A DNA stretch of 34,109 bases from Nemertoderma westbladi (lineage: Eukaryota > Animalia > Xenacoelomorpha), in contig JAUCBJ010000513.1 of NCBI GenBank assembly GCA_032718475.1, positions 1 through 34,109 on the forward strand, in the 5' to 3' direction. Each line of letters begins with the position of its first letter. The stretch's first letter is position 1. Of the stretch, positions 23,945 to 34,109 are shown one piece after another. The translations under genes and the position numbers were made by a program. The notes beneath the pieces were generated by a model, which saw nothing but the letters and a program-made list of their open reading frames with translations, was not told where the DNA came from and did no database searches.

Positions 23945-24178
23945 TGCGATAATATCATGGAGCGACAGACTCTAGACATATACATCATCATCACTCTGAT
24001 GTATATCGTAGGTTTTGATAAAACAATCGACTGGACTCGTATACACTAGTCGTATTCATATATTCTAGAATTTTAGCGAATATTAGCAGAGAGAGGCGAA
24101 GGAGGTGACTGGGGAGACAAACCCGCGGGTTTGGCTTACTCCTTTCACCTGCCCTAGCCAGGCGGCTGGCTGGTGGCT

Positions 24179-25338
24179 GCGGCGGGCTTCCCACCGCACC
24201 GGTGGGAAGCGACGAAGGGATTCAAAATGGGCAACGTTGGCGGGGGGTCACCGTTGCGGTCGGGAGGTAGTCAGTGGGGACTGAAGACCTGTCGCCGGTA
24301 CAGTGTTAGGGGGCTGACGATCCAGATTTTGTCTCTATTTGTAGTGTTAGGGGGCAGGACTTGGGTTAGTTAAGAAGCCTATATGTAGCTGGGGGAGGCC
24401 TTCGTGTTCTACACTGCTAACTGCTAATTGTAAATTGTTAATTGCATACTATACTGGTATACTGATACGCTACTGTGTGGCTTTAGTGCACTAGCTGACT
24501 GGTAGTCAACGCAGTACCGTACTACTAGCTGATTGCTACGCTAATTTGTGTGTTGCTAAAATGTGCCTGATTCTTGATTGTGAATGCTCAGATAGGCGCC
24601 TTTCCCTTGATTGATTTCTATTTCTTAGTTTAAGTTTAATAATTGCTGATTAGGTCAAAATAATACAGTATTTAGGCTGTTGCTAGTGTAACCCAGTATG
24701 TAATAAATTAGAATTGCGTATTCTGGAACATTTAGTAATTAGTACGCTGTTCCGTATTTATGACTGTAATTAATTAGCATTAAAATAAGAATTTGTACGC
24801 AGCATAGCGGAGAGTAGTTTAAGTAATTATTTAGAATACTGTAGACTATTAATGCTAGGCGGTTATTTGAAAATAGCGGGCAACAAGCTGATAGCAGCAT
24901 CCAGTATACAGTAGTAGGTTGTTGGCTTAAAGCCAGCCAAAGGCAAGGTTAGACCCTAAATACAGTACCACGATTGGTCCCGGTAGGTCATTAAGTTATT
25001 TAAACATTCTCACATTCATCAATTCTGTTAGTGAATTCCAGTATTTGCGATAAGTGAACACGCTGAGTGTACACCACCCCACACTCGTTTTAAGTAGCTT
25101 AGGGAGCCGATTCGGGTTTATTGTTTTGGTTATTCCCACGTGGTTCATAGATTAGAACAGTTAGCTCTCTGTCGAGCGATCGGTAGAGAAAGGAGCAAGC
25201 GATTTTGTAGGAGCTGTATAAAATTAGTAACACATATTAGCGGACGGCCAGGTTAGCGCCATCCAGCGGTGAGAAGTAATTTTGTGTTTAGCAGCAGTAC
25301 AGCAGTAATAACACGCTCCTGATCGCGCTTGTTTAATA
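24179..25338 (+). repeat. 3' LTR
   Basis: High-identity copy of the 5' LTR with scattered transitions and small indels. It ends GTTTAATA, versus GTTTAACA in the 5' copy. Confidence 0.88.
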
Positions 25339-25340
25339 AA

Positions 25341-27017
25341 GTGGGAGAAGAAGAACTAATGAGAAGACTTCGTGGCCATCCCCCATCAAGTCCCACAACT
25401 ATAAGGATCCTAAAGGATATCGATGAGGAATGTCAACGTAGATCGATTGTGGACCGGAAGCTAGAGTAAAATAAAGGTAAATTAAAACAACTACAGGATC
25501 AGGCAGAGGATGAACGCTTACAATGTGAATACGAAGCTGAGGAAGCGGAGGAACGAAAACGCGAACTGGATGCGGAGAAACGAAAACGCGAACTGGAAGC
25601 GGATAAACAAAAACGCGAACTGGAAGCGGAGAAACAAAAACGCGAACTGGAAGCGGAGAAACAAAAACGAGAACGGAAGCGGAGGAACAAAAACGCAAAC
25701 TGGAAATGGAGGAACGCAAAAAACAGTTTCAGGCGGAACAAAAAAGAAAGCAGAATGAGAGGGAGCAAGAGAGCATATTGAGAGAGATCGAATCAATAGA
25801 AAAACAACAGTCCGACTCCCAATCAAAGGAAAACAGGACCAAACTCGATTGCTATACCTCCTCCGACGAGTTCGATAAATTATCAGACAAATCTCGAAGT
25901 TCTAGAAGTGGACGACTTAGAACGGGCTGAACGTCATCGCCTCGCCTGCCAGAACTGCCACCCCAACACCCTGCTAACTCCGTTAAAAACACCAACGATC
26001 TTAGAACTGACTCCGACTCGGATTTTTTCAGACCAATGAACACCCCTCTTGCGGCGCCAAATATTGTTCCCTGTATATTAATAAACCCCTCTAAGACGAA
26101 TGTAACATCTGCGGCTATGGCGACCCAAACAAAATGTACACCAATTGGTATTACGACAACTACTGTAGAAAGTAACCCAACTGATAGTTTACAGCCCAAA
26201 ACTTCTACAGTATATAGGGATAGAATAGTTACGCCTACAGTAAGACCTAAGCAGGCGCGACCAATCCCAGTACTGGCAGACAGAATGTCCAGTACTGCCT
26301 TCGCCCACCCATTAAACACTCACACCCTGGTCTTAGTCTGTCCCCCATCATCGACTCCCGTGATGGACCATTATGCCGCCTCCAGGCTGGTCGTGTCTGT
26401 CGGCTCGGTTGAGTTGATGGGGGATGCGGGACCCATTGGGGCGAAAGAGAGAGTCGCCCGGGTGAATGAGGATTCCCTCTATAGGGAAAGAATAAATGAA
26501 TACTCATTAAATCTGCAAAAGTAAATAATAAAATAAAACAATTAAATAATATCGATTTTGAATTAAATCTATTAAATAAACAACGAGAGATAGTGAGTGA
26601 ACAAAATCAGCAAGCACTGGAAAAGCAGCAACAGCAGCGGCAACAACTACAGCAGCACTTAAAGCAGTTGCATGACAAAGCCGCTAACAGCGAGCAGATC
26701 CAATGTAGACGTTTGCAGGAGCTGCGAGGTGAATCTGTACAAGCCGCCAAGGTTCTAGAGGAGCTACAACAAAAGCTGGCTAATTCTCAAGACCTCCTAG
26801 CCTCAAACAACGCTGCCATGATGAGGAACCCGGACTCTCCTGAATATCAGATCCTAAAGAGAGCCTCTAATATAAACGGCGTTGAAGCTGAAAATATGTC
26901 ACGCTCTCCTATCTCACCCAATGTTAGAAACCCTGAGTACAACACAAGTACACAAAATGACACACAAAATATTAACAACCATTATAGACCCCCCCCCCCC
27001 CCCCCCCTCCAGACTGA
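25341..27017 (+). pseudogene. Decayed gag-like coiled-coil ORF of another retroelement
   Basis: Frameshifted reading frames with EAEKQKREL repeats, a P/T-rich linker and a Q-rich coiled coil, similar in composition to the gag at 12700-13900. Confidence 0.5.
25542..25702 (+). repeat. 27-bp coding minisatellite, 6 units (EAEKQKREL)
   Basis: GAAGCGGAGAAACAAAAACGCGAACTG units. The fifth unit lacks one base, causing a frameshift. Confidence 0.93.
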
Positions 27018-28326
27018 TGTAGGCCCATGTGATAACTCTACATATGTTTGCGCTTTTAGACCTTTAGCAGTTTAACCCGCTAATTTTAGGTGTCTTTTAG
27101 TTTGTAAATCGACTTTAGCCTATGACTAGTATTTGATACAAATAAACACTACATTAGCCAAAGCCAGCCTATGCGCGACCATTCACCCGCTGGATTTACC
27201 CGGGAGACTGGATTTGGAAGCTCTGACCTTATTGCGGTGTAGGCCTACTGTACTATTCGATTGATCGGTAATATATATAATCTCTGACAAATATTATTCA
27301 CTTTCGGGAAATACTAACAGTTCCTTTAGGACGTGGCGCTCTAAATATGTAAACAGAGTTATGACTTATACTAAACACAACGGGATGGCTTATGATTCAC
27401 ATATAAGGCGCATTCTTTAGGAGATGCTTTGTTATCAGTCACACTCATGCCCACCACCGCACAATACTGCCCACTGATCTGCCGACCGTCACTGAATTTG
27501 ATCATACATAAAGAGAATAACAACTGACACCTGTAGTGCCTATGAAATAGCATTAGATTCACTCCAAAACCAATATAATGTAAGTCGAAATTGCTATATG
27601 TAACCGGTCTCTTACCTTCAGTATATCAAGAAGATGGGGGTTTTATGATTATTTATCGATATTATCCAAATATAACATTATTCCATCAACTGATACAATT
27701 AATAACCGACAGTAAAATAGCAGTAAAATAAAGCGGTGAAAGGTATGCACAGTATGATATAGGCTGTTGTGAGTTGATATGACTTGTATGAGATTTGAGT
27801 TAAGTAAGATAACAGTTATACGTTTCTATATTCAAAGCCGTTCTAATGTTTGGCTAAAGTCTGAAACACAGAATAATTCCACAGCCGATGTTCTGGCATC
27901 AGGAAAAAAGGTAAACATAGACCATAATGTATTGCGCAATTTCCCGGAGGCTTCTGTGCAAATAAAATGAAAATCGCTCTGATTGGCTGAGCCGAACAAA
28001 GAAAGCTCCACGAGTACAGTAAATCAGCTGATAGATGTTGTAATCTGAACTACACTGTATTAAGAGTATTTTGACGCATTGCGACATAAAATCGCTAGTT
28101 ATGTCTGCTAAAGCACACATACAGAAAAATGGCTTTTTATGTCCACTAAAACACCAGTACAGTAAAGAAATGGCTTTTTACGTACGCTAAAACACCTACA
28201 GAGTACTTTGCGGGGAAAATGACTAGCTATATCCGCAAAAGCTTTTACACCGCTCCCAGAAAATGGGATTTAATTCTATAAAATATAAAAAATCACAGTT
28301 TCTAAAATATAAAATATTCTAAACAG

Positions 28327-31300
28327 TTAGTCTTTTTTGCGCGGACGGCGTTTACGCAGTTTTTTGAGGCTAGCAAGAGTCCTTTTCTCTTTGGGGCGAG
28401 CCACTTTACTAGGAGGGCTATAACTTCTGGGTGAAGGGTGCAATACGATTGCATCAGAAGGTTTAGGATTACGGTCGGTGTATCCGCCGGTCGAGGTACC
28501 TGGTTGATCTATATCAACTTCAGTGGAGCGAGGTCTAACAGCCTTTAGAGTGTGTCTTAGGACCGCAGCTCCTACTGGTCCCTGACGAGTCGTCTGGACA
28601 ATAGTGGTAGGTGGACCGCGAGTGGTAAGAAACTTCCTCGGTTTAATGGTTCTTTCCAGCTCGCTTTCTCAGGCTCGATATTCGTAGGGCCGTCGATGTA
28701 CTTCCTGTAACTCAGGGTGCGAGTTGATGAACAAATCGCCATACTCGGGGTCTTGACGGACGGAATTAATCAAATTGTATGAATTAATATTGTTAGGATT
28801 GATGTTCCTGAGATATTTACGAACAAATTTGGTGGAAACACACTCACCTATACGCTTCATTAGTTCGTAACTCGGTGTGCGCGATTTTTGTTCAACAGAT
28901 GCGAATAGATAAGGATGGAACGCGTAAACTCCTTCGTAGGCTCGTCCAGGGTAATAGCGATGGCGTGACTCACAATGTAAATCCGCATTCGCTTCCCAAG
29001 CTCGGATGTAGCGCAGGGTAATCATCTCATCTAGGCTTTCCAGATCGCGGTTAAAAGGGCAATCAAAACTGGCATGTCCTTTAAGTTGACAATGATGGCA
29101 TTGAGTCATAAATTGGGGGCAGATTGCGAAAATATGCGAGTTATTGAGTCTGCAATACGCACAATAGATCTCCATCATCGGTTGTTCATGGAAATAGGAG
29201 CAGGGTATGTCTGAGTCCATAGGTGTGAAATGATCTCTCGAGGCGCATAATCGGCAACGTTTTCGAGAAACATAGTTGGCGTGCCGATAATCGTATGCGG
29301 TGAGACATTGTGGACCTTGATACCATTCCAAGACGTAGTCGTTATCGCTGCTCCTGGGCGCTGTGGGATGAATCTCCTCAGATTCTAAGCATATTGGTTC
29401 GTCTTCCAATTGCATAGCTGAGGTAGGAGCGGATGTCTCCGCAAGCAAACCCACTGTCTGAATTTCCACGACAGAATAACCCGTGGGTATTCGAGGTCTT
29501 TGTATAACAGATGAATGTAAGTTCTGTATACAAACGTCCTTGAAAAGGGCGAATCCCGCGCTGTCTAACTTCTCCGCAGCTGAGTCTCTTAGGCTGAGCT
29601 TAGTCAGAGCGCGGTCCTTGAACTGACTATCAACGTTACGGAACGGAGTCAGAAAGCGCCTGAAACATTCAAAGCGGATGAATTTATTGTGTTCATCTAG
29701 CTTGGCGAGTTTGGTTCCAAGTATTAAGGGATGGGCGCGTATGGTACGACTGCACACATCGGCTAGCCAACCGGCAATTGCGGCGTTTTCAAAGATCGTG
29801 TATATAGCTAAGGAGGGACGAAGTGGAATGCTCATAAAGCCATACACGGCGCCAGGTGCGGTCAATGGTCCATCAAAGTATAATCGAGAATAATGATCTC
29901 CATATACTTGTTGGTAGTTGATAGGATTTCCAACCTTGAAATTCCATCCATATTCTTGAAAGGCAAGATGTCCTATGGAGGTTCGTTGTACTTTAGTGAT
30001 GCCGCTGGGTGTATTTGCATACATAGTGCGGAAGAAACCTCAGCCTTCTGCCCAGGGAGCAATCAGCTGAGTATCGACAAAAGGGTATGGAATGTTCTCC
30101 ATTTTCCGAAAGTCGTTTTGGAGATCTCCATAAACAGCTGAGCCGATTTTAAGGATTCTTTCGTTAAATAACATCTCAAGCACGGGCTGGGGTAACATCG
30201 ATCCATCGATACCCATGGCCGGTTTGCGCTCGGTGTCGGTGACGTAACGCTGCGCGAGTTCGAATTGTCCATGTTTCTTTTGTATCTCGGTACGGGTCTC
30301 AAAAGAATAATCAATCACATCAGAACACGCTCGAGTAAATACGTGGGTAGAACCAGCTAGTCCTCGTATATGTATCATGCGCGTAGTTCCCAGTTCTCCA
30401 ACCGGAACGCTACCTTCGTTATCGTAAGTGACAATTCCATACATCTCGATAACATTAAGAGTCTCATTCCACTCTTTAGTGGCGTTTTCTAGAGTCATTC
30501 CCACTGGATGCCACAAGGTAGCGCTTTTGCTAGCATTAGGTAGATCTCTATACTTTAAGTATTGTGTAGTATATGTTTCCACATCTCCATATCGTTGTAT
30601 TCTTTCCTCCTCGAACAACACGTCGAGATTCCAGTGGACGTATTGTCTCTTTCTCTATTCTGGAAACATTATAGGGTTTTCGAAATGAGTTTACTTTCAC
30701 TAACTGATCCAAATATTTCTGTAGTTGTTCGAGTTCGACAAGATCGAGAGGATTTATTAGTGGTAGAAACTTCAGACTATGTGTAGGATCTTCAGGTTTT
30801 ACCATGTAATATTGCGTTAGATTGACATAATAAGGATGATCTTTAATCCCATAAAACGATTTCGGTAAAGGTCTAGCGTGTATGTTAACCTCGTGTACCA
30901 TACGACGGACAAGATCCGCTCTATTGTCCGGAGGTTCAACAAGTATACCATCGACACGAGCAGCCTCGATTGGCGGACTTTGCAACATGGGAGCGTCAGC
31001 GATAAGATTTTGAGATCTTAGGTTGATATCCACCGGTTGAGGCTGTGTCGTGGTGAAGAGTTTGTCTCCGAAATGGGGAACCATCAAAGGATGGATGATG
31101 GTTTTAGAATAGAGATCCGTCATAAGGATTTGAGCTTCTAGCTGGGCTAAAGCTGCTTATTCTCTCTCATCCATTTCTATGTGTTTCTCTTCGAGCTGAT
31201 TTTCCTCCGCTTGTTGTTGTAAACGCTCATCTAGAAACTCTTGTAGAGAATAGGTTCATCCACGTTCGATGTCTTCCTCGAGATTCTGGATTTCTTTATC

Positions 31301-32388
31301 GAACTGGGGTAAAGCTAATTCTTTCACCGCTTGGACTTGTTGCTGCAATTTGCGTTTCTCTAAACAATCATAAGTTCCTTTTCCGATCTTCTGCCGAATA
31401 GCGTCTAACATGTTTCGTACAACGCTCTCTTTGACGTCGGTAACGGGTTGGATTGGGGTTAAGCCTGGACGGTTATATGGGTTAAACGGCGATATTAGAT
31501 GACCGCGTCCTAATTCGGCTAGGTAGGGTTGGTGAATATCTAGTGAGCCCACTACCGGAGTGCCGCCGATTAATTGTTCGGGTAACACAAGATCTTTAAA
31601 CAGTGAGTACAGTTCAGGGGGATCCGTTATACTATTAGGATCAAGCGTTTGAGGTCTCACTAAGGAATGAGGAGGTCTGACCGAGTATTCCGGAACTCTG
31701 ATCATTGGTTTATTTAAGGATTGTTTGAGCCGAGCGAGCGTAGGTGATACATCAAACAGGTTTCGCTCGAAACTCCCATAAGTATATCGTGTAAAACTGT
31801 GTTTAGCGCAACGTCTCCGCGAATGTTTAGGTCTTTCCGTTTGCTGATTTGGTCTAGGGCATTCGTCGCAGTAATACCAAAGACGCACGTCCTGCGTCGC
31901 GGAAACGCGGGTGATCGTTCTCCAGTTTTACAATATTCCTCCATCTGTTCGAAGCTAGGTAGCGGTCGATCGGCGGTAAGATACATCATAGTGAAATAGA
32001 GCCGTTTGAGTTCTATCATAGGGTCATGATGTATACCTTGAGGATATCAAGTTTCTAGATTTTGTTGACTGGCAATATTGAGATATGTTTCTCTCAGGAA
32101 TTCCAGATAATCGTTGAAGTTGCTGCGTTTATCCGGCTCTTCAACGTCTTCTCTTTTGAGTCTGTTTCGAATAGAATTCTCGTGTTCTATTCTCGGTTTA
32201 TCGTTACGACTCTGCTGGGTATGATATTTAAATAAAACCATTTCCCTTTCGGTGTCTACATTGTCCGTATCGTGTAAATCGATAGGATGGCCAGTAGTTA
32301 AGAAGTCCATATACGTACCATTACGATGCGTATAGCGAGCGGTGAATTTTCTATAGTCCAATTCACGCGTAAGTTGCTCCTGGGACAT
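28327..32388 (-). pseudogene. Second, diverged homolog of the exonuclease/CCHC extra ORF (about 1300 aa, disrupted)
   Basis: ExoI TYDNEG (30423). ExoII MLPQPVLEMLFNERILKIGSAVYGD, then FVDT. ExoIII-like LAIYTIFE. Three Cys/His clusters. The frame continues past the TGA at 28669 to a TAA at 28327, ending LKKLRKRRPRKKD. Confidence 0.8.
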
Positions 32389-34109
32389 TGGCGGTTCGAT
32401 ATAACAACCATCGTCCTCCGTAGTAGTTAGTCAGTACCTTCCAGAATGCCACGTTATTATTAATTATATGATGTTGACAACCACGACTTTAGAGGGATTG
32501 TAATATTAATATTAAAACAATAAAATAGGACATTATTTTCGTTATTATTATGTATCCTTGGATACTAGCAGTGTGCTATTTATTCCCTATGCTATTCAAT
32601 GGGGCAAGCTTTCTATTGTTCTTTTTACTCACTTCTAATTCTAGCGTGGTTGTTGCTATGGTGACATTATGGAAAGCTAGCAGTAGAATTAGGGTAATTC
32701 TCATGCATACAGATCTGGGATGCTATTTAATAGTAATTCTTTAATTGTCAATATCCCCTTTATACATGATTTGGTAAATTTTATCGGCTATTGACTATAT
32801 ATTGGAGATTCTCGCACACTAATACACTTAATAGGGTGAATCTCCGCTCCCATGATCTATTAATTAATAGAATTTTGGGAACATTATAAATTGTATAAAA
32901 TGACAATTTATCAAATTCATTAAAAGAGATGAATTAGAATTTATTCCCGTAAATTTTATTATTTAATATTAAAATAGACACAATTTTATTCCAGAACATG
33001 TCTGGGGACGTTAACCACTGATTCTAGAATTTTGTCTTTCAAGTATATCGGTGGGTGCCGCGATATCTTAATCGACTAGAATTACAGATGGTCAAAGTGT
33101 TTAACAGATTTATTTTGCGTTTTACGCTACTGTTAAAGGGACATCACGCTACTATATGTATTATTTAATATACGGTATGAGAGCAATATCGCACGAAGCA
33201 ATGTCAGTGTGAAGAGGCAAGTCGTTTCCAAGGTCTACCCAGAGCTTGGTTTCGCCGAGACACGAGGATCTGAACTTTGCATTCCTAATACTCTGCTTAC
33301 CAATAATACTGGAATATAGTAGGAGCTTTATTGTACTTTAATAAGTACGGATATTTCATCTTACTGTAGTCACGTATTTATAATATGATACGGACAGTAA
33401 GGAAAGAGAAAAAGAATTATTTCTCGCCGTCGCACTAAATATATAATATACATAATTAAGTAATAAGACTAATATATTGCACTAATCTACTAAATAATCG
33501 CTAAAATAACACTATTTAAATAACTTGCGATATTTCCAAAGCTAGCCTTTTAAGTTTTAGCAATGGTGTGGACCAAGTATGTTGTATGTACTTAACATAT
33601 CTTTAAGTGCAACTACGTAGTTCTACAAAGTATAACAAGTTTAATGCATATACTTTGAAAGCTTAGAAAGTTTCTAGCAAGGGCTTTGAATGTATTTATA
33701 TGTACAACTACTTAGCTTTAGAGGGTATAACAAGTTTTAAAGAGGCACTTAGAAAGATTAGTACGCCTCAACCATGTAATTTGAAAATATAAAATTGTAT
33801 TGACTTCGGAATATAATATGGTGACTGTACGGGTGTTATATTCTTCCAATTTTTAATGAAACATCAAGATGAATCTAATTTTTGTTTAAGGGCATTGTAT
33901 AAGTGTCATACTTTAATGTAAGTGAGATACTCAAATATTGTCATCTTTTTTTTATACGTTTTATTATATTTTTGTTATTTATTATTTGTGATATACCGAT
34001 CTAGCACTTTATATGATACCAGGTCGATTCGCTTTAAGGCGGTATAGAGACGAGTAACTCCCCGTAAAAGGTGCCTAGGGGGCGTTCATAAATTATGTCA
34101 CACACAGGG

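Larger units (their letters stand above)
9540..25338 (+). mobile_element. BEL/Pao LTR retrotransposon with an extra exonuclease ORF (decayed, about 15.8 kb)
   Basis: About 1.15-kb direct repeats flank gag, PR, RT, RNase H and integrase in BEL order with BEL-specific motifs. The 5' boundary is approximate and no TSD was found. Confidence 0.93.

Noticed and set aside
26521-26592. Short AT-rich intron
   Set aside because: It reads openly as a coiled coil (VNNKIKQLNNIDFELNLLNKQREI) in frame with 26593, so a frameshift explains it.
26989-27007. C19 run as a minus-strand polypurine tract
   Set aside because: No adjacent LTR start can be shown; it is equally explained as poly-Pro codons or homopolymer slippage.
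27018-28320. 3' LTR of the minus-strand element
   Set aside because: The position is plausible, but there is no second copy in the window to confirm it.
28392-28404. 13-bp inverted match (TGGGGCGAGCCAC) to the repeat end near 6930 and 6986
   Set aside because: A single 13-mer pair is expected by chance in 34 kb, and this one lies inside the coding tail (KVARPK).

Overview
Repeat-dense eukaryotic (probably invertebrate animal) DNA made almost entirely of mobile elements. (1) 3..5379: a compact Polinton/Maverick-type element with 216-bp TIRs (AGTAGT...ACTACT) and a probable 6-bp TSD. It lacks polymerase, integrase and capsid genes. It encodes a zinc-finger protein with the GSGW domain normally found at the pPolB N-terminus (putative stand-alone terminal protein) and a divergent TBP-fold protein, followed by an array of tRNA-3'-half/B-box motifs and a palindromic repeat array. 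(2) 5508..6434(-): an intact-looking DIRS/Ngaro-type tyrosine recombinase with no RT nearby. (3) About 9540..25338: a decayed 15.8-kb BEL/Pao LTR retrotransposon (gag, protease, RT, RNase H, integrase) with a large extra ORF after pol encoding an RNase D/WRN-like DEDDy-type 3'-5' exonuclease plus CCHC knuckles. (4) 28327..32388(-): a second, highly diverged full-length homolog of that extra ORF. Both copies have YxxxE in place of YxxxD in ExoIII. Gag-like remnants flank the BEL element. All calls come from reading the sequence by eye; no searches were run.
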